This document shows, one piece after another, positions 1 through 11,400 of a stretch of DNA of 64,000 nt. The translations under genes were made by a program, and so were the position numbers. The notes beneath the pieces are model-generated. The model saw nothing but the letters and a program-made list of their open reading frames with translations. It ran no database searches and was not told where the DNA came from. How positions within the stretch are numbered: position 1 is the first letter of the stretch; each line of letters opens with the position of its first letter. Origin of the DNA: an uncultured Cellulophaga sp. (lineage in GTDB: Bacteria; Bacteroidota; Bacteroidia; Flavobacteriales; Flavobacteriaceae); assembly GCA_947492955.1 (NCBI GenBank), contig CANLOV010000013.1, forward strand, positions 2,276-66,275, in the 5' to 3' direction.

Positions 1-1284
1 TTGTAATATATTAGAAAAACTAGCACGAGACGTAACATCTGAGTTGGTACAATCAGCAATTAATTTTTGCCATTTCTTATATAGAGTATCATTATCCTCG
101 TTTTTAGTAACAAGATTTAAAATATCTTCTAGTAAGCATCCAAAAGCGCGTACTTCAATACGCTCAATAGTTGGTGCAAGAACTGAATTTACATCATAAG
201 AAGAAGCTGCACCAAAATCACCTAAAAGGCATTCTGCTGATTTATTTACTAATATATTATGAGCATAAAGGTCTCCGTGGTTAATTCCTCTCTGGTGCAA
301 CTGCACACAAACTGAAGCAATACTTTTTGCTATTTTTAATAGCTCATCAAAATTAAAACTAGATTGCTCATCATATACATCTCTGGTACATGTTTCTAAA
401 CTTGGAGGATTCCCTAAACTAGTAAACCTAGGAGATATGAGTTTCATTATTAACCCATTTTTATTTTCAGGGTGATCTTTTATTTTTCCTAAAATAGGAA
501 TTAAATTTTCATGATGCCCAGCTGCAATAGCTATTTTCATTTCATCTTCTGGTAAACCATCACTAGTTACAGCACCTTTAAAAACCTTTATAGCTACATC
601 TTTTTTGTTGCTATCCCATGTTGCTTTTGAAATAAACCCAGATGCACCTTCTCCTAATAATTCTTTAATGGTAAAATCTTTCCAAGGATATAATTCTAAA
701 TTAGTTTTTACTTCAATTTGGTGAGTGGCAGGATTACCTCCATACGCTACCCATGATAATTTTTGGAGTTTAAATAGCCATTCTGGAATAGAGTTAAGTT
801 TATTAGCCGAAATTCTTAGGAGTTCTAAATTTTTACAATTCACCATCTCAGACGGTAATTCTTCAATTTGGTTTCCTGCTAAGGCACATTTTTGAAGGAG
901 ATTACAGTTTCCAATACTTTTAGGTAATATATTAATTTTGTTATCGGTTAAAATTAACCATCTAAGCATAGGAGGAAATGCATTTTCTGGGACGGAATGT
1001 ATTTTGTTGGATTTAAAACCAATCATGCTTAAGGCAGGGAATTGGGCTAGTATTTTAGGAAACTCAGTAAAATTATTACGAGCAAAAAATATAATTCTTA
1101 ACTTCTTTAGTTGCGTTATGCTATCTGGTAATGTAGTTAATTGATTGTCTGATAAATCTAAAACTTCTAAAGTTTCTGCCAGCGATAGTATCTCTTCAGG
1201 AAATTCTTTTAAACCACAAGTTAATTTTAATTCTTTTGAACCTATTAATTGTCCAGATTTTAATTTCTCTAAAGAGTGCGTCAT
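1..1284 (-). CDS. Leucine-rich-repeat + Hanks-type (eukaryote-like) Ser/Thr protein kinase; C-terminus runs off the left edge
   Basis: Absent from the ORF track because no stop lies in the window. My translation of the minus strand from ATG 1284..1282 stays open for all 428 codons (MTHSLEKLKSGQLIGSKELKL...). There are about eight LxxLxLxxNxLxxLP repeats (approx 690..1230). Kinase motifs follow in approx 1..675: GEGASG (G-loop), VAIKVFK, HGDLYAHN (catalytic loop, non-RD) and LGDFG. Confidence 0.8.
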   Translation of the reverse strand, partial: MTHSLEKLKSGQLIGSKELKLTCGLKEFPEEILSLAETLEVLDLSDNQLTTLPDSITQLKKLRIIFFARNNFTEFPKILAQFPALSMIGFKSNKIHSVPENAFPPMLRWLILTDNKINILPKSIGNCNLLQKCALAGNQIEELPSEMVNCKNLELLRISANKLNSIPEWLFKLQKLSWVAYGGNPATHQIEVKTNLELYPWKDFTIKELLGEGASGFISKATWDSNKKDVAIKVFKGAVTSDGLPEDEMKIAIAAGHHENLIPILGKIKDHPENKNGLIMKLISPRFTSLGNPPSLETCTRDVYDEQSSFNFDELLKIAKSIASVCVQLHQRGINHGDLYAHNILVNKSAECLLGDFGAASSYDVNSVLAPTIERIEVRAFGCLLEDILNLVTKNEDNDTLYKKWQKLIADCTNSDVTSRASFSNILQ

Positions 1285-1358
1285 GTTAAAAAAAATGAAT
1301 CGCAAATTTAGAGATTAAATAATAATACCTTGTGTAAGAGTATTTATAATTTTAAGAA

Positions 1359-1419
1359 ATTAAAAATTATTTTTCCTGTCTATGATGACGTAAGTAGTAA
1401 TAATTACACATCAATTTTT
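1359..1419 (-). pseudogene. Dead duplicate of the last ~16 codons plus stop of the transglutaminase-like gene (copy A of a 59/60 bp direct repeat)
   Basis: 1361..1419 aligns to 3822..3881 with 2 substitutions and one 1-bp deletion. On the minus strand copy A still reads ...IITTYVIIDRKNNF-stop, against ...IITTYVIIVRKNNF-stop in the intact gene. The 1-bp deletion creates an upstream in-frame TGA. Confidence 0.75.
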
Positions 1420-1593
1420 AATTAATTGAACTCATTCCATGGTTGATTAAACATATAATCTGAAAATAAAGAGCTGTTAAAATGAACTTTTAATAATTAT
1501 TGACATAAAAGTGAAATTTTACTCTCCTTATGTAGTAAACGTATTATCTTTAAGACTATATAAGTATCAGTTAACACTAAAATTTAAATCTAA

Positions 1594-3591
1594 ATGAAAA
1601 CAACTTGTAAATTATTCGTTTATCTATTTCTTTTTTTTAGTATTATAGTTAATGCCCAGGAAGAAACAGAAAAGAAAATTCCAGGAAATCCAGACTTGGT
1701 ATCTTCTGAAGAAGCATTAACCAAATTAGCAGATTTAGAAAAAGGAGATTATAAGTATTCTGTTGAAGATTATTTTGGAAACCCAAAAGGTTTTTCTTTT
1801 CGTTTTTCACCAGATGGGAAATATCTATCATACAGAGAGAGTGATGATAAAGGAAAGCAACATATTTATGTGAAGAATATTTCTACAGGAGAAGCTAAAA
1901 GAATTATTGAAGAAGGAGAAGAATTGATAGGGTTGTATGGTTGGTTAAACTCTAAAAGATTGTATTATACAATGGATAAAGGAGGAGATGAAAATGATCA
2001 TATTTATGCTATAAATATAGATGGAACAAATGATAAAGATCTTACACCTTTTGATGCTGTAAAAGCTAATTTTGCAGCTTTATTAAAAGAAGATAAAGAA
2101 CATATTATTGTAGAATTAAATAAAAATAATCCTCAGATATTTGAGCCTTATAAACTTAATATAGTTACTGGAGAAATAAAACAATTATTTACTAATGATG
2201 ATGCTGAAAATCCTATAACGGAATATGAATTTGATAAGGATGGAGACTTAAGGGGGTATGCAAAATTAAGAGGTGGTGTTAATGTAGACATGTATTATGA
2301 AGATGGTAAAGGAGGTTATGATTTATTAAAACAATTAAATTGGAAAGATAATTTTAGTATAATTTCATTTAACTATGCTACAGAATATCCACATGATGCT
2401 TATGTAACTACTAATTTAGAAAGTGATAAATCTGAAATAGTATTGTATGATTTAAAGGTAGATAAAACTATAAAAAGTATATTTTCAAATGATGACTACG
2501 ATGTAAGTAGCTTAGGGATTTCAAAGAAAAATGGCTATTCAATTGATTATTTTTCTTATGATGGAGAAAAAAATATAATCATTCCTGTAAGTGATACGTA
2601 TAAAAAAATTGATGCTAAAGTAAAAAAAGAGCTTCCAGGAATGCAGTATTATGTTTTGGATAAAACAGAAGACGAAACTAAGTTTATGTTATATACTGAA
2701 AGTGATAAAGTTTACGGGATATATTATGTTTATGATTTAGAAAAAAATGAGTTAAAGGAGCTTTATAATACAATGCCGCAGCTAAATCCAGATGATATGG
2801 CTGAAATGCGACCTATTAGATTTATAAGTAGAGATGGCGTTGTCTTACATGGCTATATTACCTTACCTAAGCCAGCTTTAAATGGAGAAAAAGTTCCTGT
2901 AATTGTAAATCCTCATGGTGGGCCACAAGGGATAAGAGATTCTTGGGGTTTTAATCCAGAAGCACAACTATTTGCTAGTAGAGGCTACGCCACTTTACAG
3001 GTTAATTTTAGAATTTCTGGAGGTTATGGAAAAGCTTTTTTGGAATCTGGTTTTAAGGAGGTTGGAAGAAAAGCTATGGACGATGTAGAAGATGGATTAA
3101 AATATGTAACAGAAGAAGGCTGGGTAGCTAAAGATAAAGCAGCTATTTATGGTGGTAGCCATGGAGGCTATGCCGTTTTAAGAGGTCTAACTAAAACTCC
3201 AGATTTATACGCTTGTGGAGTAGATTATGTTGGTGTTTCTAACCTTTTTAGTTTTATGAAAACAATTCCTCCTTATTGGAAGCCTTATCTAAAAATAATA
3301 AAGGAAATATGGTATGACGAAGATGTGCCAGAAGAAAAGGAAATTATGAATGAAGTGTCTCCTGTATTTCATATAGATAAAATAAAGAAGCCTTTATTTG
3401 TAGTACAAGGCGCAAATGACCCAAGAGTAAACATAGATGAATCTGACCAAATAGTAGAAGGATTAAGAGCTAAAGGAGTAGATGTACCGTATATGGTTTG
3501 CTATAACGAAGGTCATGGTTTTGGAAAGGAAGAAAATAAAATTACTCTATATAAAGCAATGATGGGGTTTTATGCTAAACACTTAAAGTAA
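1594..3591 (+). CDS. Secreted S9-family serine peptidase (prolyl oligopeptidase / dipeptidyl aminopeptidase-like)
   Basis: 665 aa ORF with an N-terminal signal peptide. A beta-propeller-like N-terminal half is followed by an alpha/beta-hydrolase C-terminal half. Nucleophile motif GGSHGGY; acidic residue in QGANDPRV; His in NEGHGF. Confidence 0.85.
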   Translation: MKTTCKLFVYLFLFFSIIVNAQEETEKKIPGNPDLVSSEEALTKLADLEKGDYKYSVEDYFGNPKGFSFRFSPDGKYLSYRESDDKGKQHIYVKNISTGEAKRIIEEGEELIGLYGWLNSKRLYYTMDKGGDENDHIYAINIDGTNDKDLTPFDAVKANFAALLKEDKEHIIVELNKNNPQIFEPYKLNIVTGEIKQLFTNDDAENPITEYEFDKDGDLRGYAKLRGGVNVDMYYEDGKGGYDLLKQLNWKDNFSIISFNYATEYPHDAYVTTNLESDKSEIVLYDLKVDKTIKSIFSNDDYDVSSLGISKKNGYSIDYFSYDGEKNIIIPVSDTYKKIDAKVKKELPGMQYYVLDKTEDETKFMLYTESDKVYGIYYVYDLEKNELKELYNTMPQLNPDDMAEMRPIRFISRDGVVLHGYITLPKPALNGEKVPVIVNPHGGPQGIRDSWGFNPEAQLFASRGYATLQVNFRISGGYGKAFLESGFKEVGRKAMDDVEDGLKYVTEEGWVAKDKAAIYGGSHGGYAVLRGLTKTPDLYACGVDYVGVSNLFSFMKTIPPYWKPYLKIIKEIWYDEDVPEEKEIMNEVSPVFHIDKIKKPLFVVQGANDPRVNIDESDQIVEGLRAKGVDVPYMVCYNEGHGFGKEENKITLYKAMMGFYAKHLK

Positions 3592-3819
3592 AGCATAACT
3601 ACGCCTGTTATTAATGATTTATTATTAAGAGGTCTTAAAAATTACAAAACTGAAGTTGCATATTGAGCGTAGTTAAAATAGTTGATTGAAATACAGTTAA
3701 TTACTAGACTTCAACTTTGCTTAGGCTTCTGCAATAGAAACTTTTAAGACCTCATCTTATTTAAATTTAATCTTCTTTTAATTTGCTGCTGTTAGTAAAA
3801 ACTGATTGAATAAAATAAT

Positions 3820-4839
3820 TCAAAAATTATTTTTTCTGACTATGATGACGTAAGTAGTAATAATTACACCATCAATTTTTATATGCACATCATGAAATCC
3901 TAGTTTCGTAAATTTATGTGTTATCGTTAAAGTATTATGGTTTTGATGAACTATAGGAGTTATAGTTTTACTAGAGTTTCCTCTGTTAATTAATAGTGTT
4001 ATTTCTTTTGCAGAAAAATTATTAGGCGTAGCTAAAGAAAAAAGCACACTTTTATTTTTAGCTACTAATACCTCCATTTTATTAGGTTTTAGTGGAATAA
4101 TATTAGAAGTAAATATTTCTTTGTACACCACGGGTCCTTCTACAAACTCATTAAAAGTAGGAGCGGTATTTAATAAAGTCCATTTACTGTCTAAAGGATA
4201 GTGATTTTTTATAAATAAAGAAGGATTAGCTAAAAAGTAGTCTTTAAAATATTCAGGAATAAATTTTGGAGTTCCCTCTTCAATCTTAACTTCGCCAGCA
4301 GACCAAGTAGCATCACATAAATACCATTTATTGTTTAATTTTACAGCATTCCAGGAATGGTTAGGTGTACTATCGCTATACAACCGTAATGTAGGTGTAC
4401 GTCCATAACCATTTACAATATTACATTCTATACCTGCTAATTGTGTTAACTCACGCAGAATATAGGCATAGCCAGTACAAGCTGTTTTTTTATGTTCTAA
4501 CAGGTTTTTAAATACTTTAGGAGTATACTTTGTATTCCATTGGGTAAAAGCATCCCTGTCTTTTGCTAGTTTTTTACGCTTTTTAATGGTTGTTAAATAA
4601 GAACTGTAATCATTTTCGATATTAGTACAAACCCATGTGTAAATGGCTCTAAACTTTTCTACATTGGTAGGTAAGGATGCCGTTAACATATGGGTAAGTA
4701 CAGGTAGGTTTTTTAAACTTGCGCCTTTGTGTTTTAGTGCTATACTATCCGCTTTTTTAAAATCGATATGATTAAAGTCTGAACGTTGTCCAAAAACGAA
4801 TACACAGGAGCATAAAAAAAGTAAGAATGCTTGTTTCAC
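3820..4839 (-). CDS. Transglutaminase-like (papain-fold Cys-His-Asp) domain protein, secreted
   Basis: 339 aa with a signal peptide. Candidate triad context: KTACTGYAY (Cys), NHSWNAV (His), LCDATW (Asp). The start overlaps the stop of the upstream gene by 1 nt at 4839. Confidence 0.7.
   Translation of the reverse strand: MKQAFLLFLCSCVFVFGQRSDFNHIDFKKADSIALKHKGASLKNLPVLTHMLTASLPTNVEKFRAIYTWVCTNIENDYSSYLTTIKKRKKLAKDRDAFTQWNTKYTPKVFKNLLEHKKTACTGYAYILRELTQLAGIECNIVNGYGRTPTLRLYSDSTPNHSWNAVKLNNKWYLCDATWSAGEVKIEEGTPKFIPEYFKDYFLANPSLFIKNHYPLDSKWTLLNTAPTFNEFVEGPVVYKEIFTSNIIPLKPNKMEVLVAKNKSVLFSLATPNNFSAKEITLLINRGNSSKTITPIVHQNHNTLTITHKFTKLGFHDVHIKIDGVIITTYVIIVRKNNF
3822..3881. repeat. Copy B of the 59/60 bp direct repeat (functional 3' end of the 3820..4839 CDS)
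   Basis: Direct sequence comparison with 1361..1419: 2 substitutions and 1 indel. Confidence 0.9.
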
Positions 4840-5300
4840 TATTTAAAAAGACCTACAAATTTCTGAAAAATGTTACGTTTTGTTTTGTAAACACCATTTA
4901 CGGCAACTGCTCCCATAAGTTCTATATCGGCAGCATCAAAAGAAATATCAACTTTTACAGTATCGGAATTGCTTTTAGGTATAGTATATAGTTTACTATC
5001 GTAGCCAATGTAACTAAAAACTAATTTTGTATTTGCTTTTAAGGCAGAAAATTTAAATTTACCATCGATATCTGTTACAACTCCTGTCTTAGTTCCTTTT
5101 ATAATAACATTTACACCAGGTAAAGGCATATTGTCTTCATCTAACACAGTACCTTGTACTATATATTCTTTATTGGTTTGCGCTTCTTGTGCTTGCGCAT
5201 TAGAAACAGTAAATAGGACTAATAGCGCAAAGCATAAGATGCTAAATCCACGTGACAAAAAGTTTACTTTGCTTTCCAAAATTTGATTTGTTTTTTTCAT
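4839..5300 (-). CDS. Small stand-alone CarboxypepD_reg-like (SusC N-terminal-like) domain protein
   Basis: 153 aa with a signal/anchor segment. Motif VQGTVLDEDNMPLPGVNVIIKGTKTGVVTDIDGKFKF is typical of the carboxypeptidase regulatory-like beta-sandwich. Confidence 0.65.
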   Translation of the reverse strand: MKKTNQILESKVNFLSRGFSILCFALLVLFTVSNAQAQEAQTNKEYIVQGTVLDEDNMPLPGVNVIIKGTKTGVVTDIDGKFKFSALKANTKLVFSYIGYDSKLYTIPKSNSDTVKVDISFDAADIELMGAVAVNGVYKTKRNIFQKFVGLFK

Positions 5301-5445
5301 AATTCTAAGGTTTTTTATTAATACCTCTAAACTATTGTGTTCTCTATGTATTTAAAACCAATATTTAGTATAAGCCCATTTTTAATGAGTAAAATGCGCT
5401 TTTTGCTTAGTGTTAATTTTACAACTATTAAGATAACTAAGTTAG

Positions 5446-8400
5446 TTATTTTATTTTTATTCTAATTCCCTCACTATGGCTACTAAATTCTGGAGCATAC
5501 ATACTTTGTATGGTGGTAATACCATTACTAAAATTACCAGCATTATTTACACGTAAATCGTATTCAAAAACATAAACACCTTTTGGTAAATAATCAAAAA
5601 AGAAATTGGTACTAGCATCTTTGGTGCTTTCGTAATATCCTAAACCATCTTGCCATTTGTAACTAGAAAAAACATTTGTAGGTTCTAGTCCAGAAGCACG
5701 CATATCTTTCATATGTATAAATTCCATATTGCGGTCTACTTTTAACTCTATACGAACACGAACTAAATCGCCTATTTTTAAGTGAGTATCACTAGTAATT
5801 TCTGAAATTTCTTCTCCTGTATTTGTATTCTTTTTTAAGAATAACTTTTTATTAAGCTGTAATGGTGTTTTTGCAGGTGTAATTTTATCTAAATCTTCAA
5901 AATACTGCCAGTACATAGCACCCCAAGCAATACCTTCTCCTTTTTTACTTATTTGAACTTCTCCCATTTTAGGAGTTATTTCATTTGTATTCCAAGTTGT
6001 TTTATAATAGCCTGTTCCTGCTTCTACTTTTACATTTTCTAATTTAGTGGGGCTAATTTCTTTTCCACCTATTTGTACACCTACTGCATCTGTTACAGAT
6101 AACCAATTACTGCCATTTAATAATAAAGCATATACCGCTTCGGTGGTGGCTTTGGTGGTTTTCCATTGGTTAGTCTGTTTGTTTTTTAAAAGCCAAATTT
6201 TTAGATTATCAATGGTTTTTACATCATTTTTAATTTCTGAGAAAGCTTCAATTAATAATGCCTGTGTTTCTATTGGTGCTTGGTACCAATACCAAGAGTT
6301 TGTGTTTTCTTTCCAGTACATACCTAATTCATCACTAGTAATACTATTTTCTTTTAAAGAACGTAATATTTTGTTTGCTGTATTTGCATCATCCATTCTA
6401 TGTAGAATTAAAGCTAACATTCCTTTGGAATATAAATTTCTATGTACCCAATATTGTTGTGCTTGCTTTTTGTAATAAGCTGTTATTTCGTTTACTTTTT
6501 TAGAAGCTTTTATATTACTAAAGAAGCTGCGCATATACAAATAGTGTATTTGTCTATTATTTAAATGGTCACTATCTAAGTTAGATGCATGTTTTTTCAT
6601 GTTATTATATTCCAAAACAAACTCATCATCTAAATACTTTACTGCTTTTTTTAGCATTTGATTGTGCTCAGTAAAATCGGATTTTGTTAATTTTTTTAAA
6701 TGACCAAAGCCAGTAACAATATGTTGTGTAATGTATCTGTTTTTTCGTCCGCCATTAAACCATGGCCAAGCACCAGAAGGTAATTGGTTGTTTTTTAGTT
6801 TATTAATAGCGGTTGTTTTTTCATTTTTAATTTTGTTTAAATTGAATAGTAATGCAATTCGTTTTTTCTGTTCTGTTTCGGACTGTGCATCTCTTAGCCA
6901 AGGCGTTTCTTGTATTAAAAGAGATTTTAATTCTTGATTTTTTTCTAAGTTGCTTATTAATGCATCTGAATTTGCCCATTGGTTAAAAACGTCTTGTATT
7001 CTAGGGTTGCTGTTTGCTATATAGCTTGCTAAAGAATTGGCATAGTATCTAGAAAATGTTTGCTCGTTACACTCGTGCGGATATTCCATTAAGTATGGTA
7101 GTGCTTGTACAGCATACCAAGCAGGGTTCGAAGTTATTTCTAAACTTAATTTGTGGTTGCTAAGTGTAGTTGAGGTATTGTTTTTTAATTTATTTAATGT
7201 AAATGTTTTAGTCTGATTGCTACGTACCCACATTGGTAAGGTTTCGGTTACCAACATACGGTTTGTTAACACAGGTAATAGGTTTTGCTCTCCATCGCTA
7301 AAATCACCTGCTTTTGCAATTACTTTGTATTGTATGGCTTGTATGTTTTTTGGAATTTTTAAAGTCCAAGATACTTGCGTGTTTCCTTTTGCGGGTGCAT
7401 TAAAACTTTTTTCTTCGTTGGCTGTTATTATATCTGTTGAAACTGTATTACCAGTAACGGCATCTGTTAATACTAGTTTGGCACTACCAGATAATGCTTT
7501 TTCTGTTAAGTTTGAAATTTTACTGCTTAGTATAATTTCATCGCCTTCTCTTAAAAATCGTGGTGCATTGGGTACTACCATAAGTTCTTTTTGAGTAACA
7601 CTTGTAAGTTGCTTAATGGTGCTTTTTGCGTCTTTGGTATGGGCTAATAATTGTAGTTTCCAGCGGGTAAGTGCTTCTGGCGTGGTAAAACTAAAAGAAA
7701 CATTTCCTTCTTTATCGGTTTGTAATTGTGGAAAGAAAAAAGCAGTTTCTTGCAGGTTTTTACGGATAGAAATTTCACCTGAATTTAAATCGTTTTCTAT
7801 CTCATTGGGTTTATTAGTTATTGAGTCTTCTTTTTGTTCTACAGTTGCTTTTGATGTCATAAAAGTAACTTCTTCTTCTAATTCCATATCATCTGCAACG
7901 GCTTCTATAGCTATGCCTGGAACACTACCAGCTAAAACATTTTCTATATTACTAGGAGCACTGTTTTTTGCCAATCTACGTGTTAAACCACTTGCGTAAC
8001 CATAAGAACGATTTCCATACCCAAAATTTAACCCAAACCAATTAAAGCTATCGTAATTCTGATCTCCATAATAGTAATTACTTTTGTAATTATTATGAGT
8101 GTTAAAGTGAGATAATCCAAAACTTTGGTGCGCATTTTTATTGCTATACGCGTAATACGTTGGTTTGTACAAAGGATTAAAATTCCATGAGTATGGCGTA
8201 AAGGCATCTAAAGAGGCATCGTACATACTGGCTAATAATTCTGCGGCAACTTTATCTCCTTTAGGTCCTTTTATATTAAATTTCCAAGTTTCATCGGTGC
8301 CAGGTTTTAATTTATCTCTAAAGATTAGTGTTTCTATCTTTAAATCGGTTTCTGGATAGGGAACAACAATATTTACAGTTCCCGATTGAAAAGAATTATA

Positions 8401-11400
8401 TGCAGCATAACTGTAGTGTACAGAAAAGCCCCCTAAATCTTTTTTAGTAACAGGAATACTTATAGATGCACTGTTGGCTTTTAAGTATATTATGCGCGTG
8501 TCTATAATTTCACGGTTTTTTTCTACTTGTATTGTTACCGCTAAGTTTTTAGTGTTAGAAAATAGTTTTAGGTCTACTTTATCGCCAATAGTGTAATTAG
8601 GTTTATCTGTTTTAATATGGAATAGTTGATTATCTGTCAGTTTTTTATCACTATCACTATACAACGTGGTTTGGACTATGTCTTTTACCAATTGCCCAAA
8701 TTTATCTTTAGTTTCTATTTCTATTCTATATTTTCCTGAAGTCCATTTTTTAATGTTTTTTAAATCAATTTTAGTAGACTTTTCAGTGTCAAAAGTTGTT
8801 TCCCATACCAATGCTCCTTTTTGCCATGTATTAGAATTGTGTTCATTATCATAAGCATCATTAGGGTATAATTTTAGAAACTCTGTTTTGCTAAACCCCT
8901 TGTAATCTGGAGCTGCCCATGGCCTAGGTCTAAGCACATTTTCTGGCGCTTTAAGTTTGTAAATTTTTAGAGTTCCTTTAGCGGGTGTAAATTGTCCGTT
9001 TAGGTTTAAAGTATTAACTGTTATGTTATTTTCTTTTTGTGTTTTATCAATTTTATAAGGAACAGTTATTGTGGCATCTAAGCTGTGGTATCCTACTTTT
9101 ACAATGGAAGTGGTGCTATGTGTTTCTCCGTTAATATCTGTAACATCTGCGGTTATTTGATAGTTAAAAGTGGGTAAATTAGCCTTGTCTAGGGAATTAT
9201 CTGGAATAGCTTTAAAATTAATTTTATAGTTTCCAGAAGCATCGGTTACAGTTTCTCCATGCGCAATTTCTTGTGGTGAGCTATTTAAATTAGGGTAATA
9301 CCAATAACACCATCTTGGAAAATAAGCAATTCTTTTTACACGGTATGTTACTTTAGCATCTGAAATAACACTACCAGCATAAGCTGTAGCTTTTCCGTTT
9401 ACAACAATACTATCGTTTACTTTATAGGTTTCTGTTACAGGATTAAAAGAAGTTTCAAACTTAGGACGTTTGTATTCTTCTACCGAAAAATAAGAAGTAG
9501 CATTTACATTAATTTCCGATGAGCTTAGTTGCAAGAAAAAACTCCCAGTTAAACCATTGTTAGGAATTATAAATTCTCCATTAAAAGAACCGTATTCGTT
9601 TGTTTTAAAATTTTGAGTGCTTATATCTTGATAATTGGCATCTTTTAAGGTAACTCTTAGCTCAGTATTTTCTGTTACTGTAGAGTTCTGCTCATTTTTG
9701 GTAACTAAAATTCCTTTTAGGTACAGTGGCTGTCCTGGTCTATATATACCACGGTCTGTAAATAAAAAAGCAGAATGTTGTATGCTTTCTTTGGTGCGTG
9801 AGGTGCTCTTTTTGTTGATATAATAATCCCCAAAATAGGCGGTATCATTATCATATGTTGTTTGTATGTTTACGTTAGACCAACGCTCCGCTGTTTTCGG
9901 GATTGTTACAAATCCATCTTTATCACTTAACATTGTGGAGGTAGATAATTTTTCTTCGTAGTTTTTGTTATAGCTAAATTTTAATTTAGCATCTGCAATA
10001 GGCTTACCGTTATTACGGTCTATAACCTGAAAAATATGATTAGACTTATTACCAGTTTCTATAAGAGCAGTGTTAGTAACCTGTATAGTACTATGCGAAG
10101 TATAGTTTTCATCACTTTTATTTGATGTTGCAAAAAGAACATACTGTCCGTTGTCTAATTCTGGCACTAGAATTTCAGTACTGTGCGACTGGTAATCTTT
10201 TTCGTTTTTTAAATTAGTATTCCATTGTTTAGCAACTTTTAGCTTTTTAATGAAATCTAGCTTTTCTTTATCCCTATAGATATTTTCTAATCTGTTAATT
10301 TCATTCTCAGATATATGGTATGCAGTTAAATGTAACTTACTAAGGTTTTTATAATTAACTAGTAACCTAGATGGTTTGTTAATAGAAATGTGTTTTTCTC
10401 CGTTAAGAGCTAAGTGCTTATCTAAAATTAAATTTTTTAAATTATTAGCTTTTTCTGCTCCAATACTTTTAGGGAACTTCGCAAAAATAGTATTGCATAG
10501 TTCTAAAGCTTCTTTTTGTTTCCAACGGTGTTTTTCATTTGTTTTAGGGCTATAAGTATTTCCCCAAGTGTTATATAGTTTTGCTATTTCATAGGAATAT
10601 AAAGCTGCAACCTTTTCTTTTTTAAAGTACTCGGTAGTATTTTTTAAGGTTTCAAAATAATAATCATCTTTGTTTTTAAAGGTAGCATTCTCCTGTACAT
10701 ATTTTAAACGTTCAATATCAATAAAAGCTAAGGCATCATAGTTTTTTTTATTTAAATGAAATTGAATTAATTTTTGGTATAACAGTAATGCCTTGGATTG
10801 TAATGATGTTTTGTCCGCAGTGTTTATTTTTTGATCTATAAACTGATTTACTTCACATAATAAATCGGCACTATTAATTTCAAATTTATTGGCGGGCCTT
10901 GTAATATTATTTTCGTTTGTTTTATAAAAATCTAATGCAGTATGCGCCAGTAGATCAAAAAGAGTAGGGCGGTATGTTTTAGAGTTTTCTTGTTGTACTA
11001 AAATATCTTTAAACTCAGCTATTTCTATTTTTTGTAATTCATTAGCGTTTTGTAAAGAAGCATTAAAATGTATACTTATTTCATTAAATAAAGTAGTTAA
11101 ATCCCAAGTTCTAAAGTCGATAGGATTTACTTTTGTTTCTGTTTTTGTACGGTTGTAAAATTGATATCTATTTTGCTGAAAGTATTGCCAGTATAGATTT
11201 GCTAAATAACTCTCTAATATATTTTTAGTAGGGAATGGTGCTTTTTTTATTTCGGATTTAAAATCGTTTATAATATGTAACTGAGCATCTTCTTCTAAAG
11301 TAATAGCATATTTAGAAGTATATAATAGGGATTTTATAATTTGATTGGTATTGTTTTCTTTTTTAGCTTTTTCAGATATAATAGTAACAACTTTTAATGC

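Noticed and set aside
938-1831. Short ORFs 938..1144 (+) and 1649..1831 (-).
   Set aside because: They are antisense to the LRR-kinase CDS and to the S9 peptidase CDS respectively. They show no motifs and are shadow frames.
3629-3753. 12 bp perfect inverted repeat gaggtcttaaaa / ttttaagacctc, separated by 101 nt, between the convergent peptidase and transglutaminase-like genes. Considered as a MITE, a small RNA or a long hairpin.
   Set aside because: I could not find consistent pairing in the intervening 101 nt. A single 12-mer inverted match within about 150 nt is roughly what chance would give in 64 kb of AT-rich DNA. There are no flanking target-site duplications and no second copy in the window.
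6047-9823. Seven plus-strand ORFs of 62-142 aa (6047..6475, 6731..6937, 7217..7594, 7616..7999, 8165..8359, 8666..8854, 9635..9823).
   Set aside because: All lie antisense within the 2028 aa alpha-2-macroglobulin CDS. Their composition is Phe/Ser/Leu-rich and low-complexity, typical of shadow frames of an AT-rich gene. I recognise no motifs.
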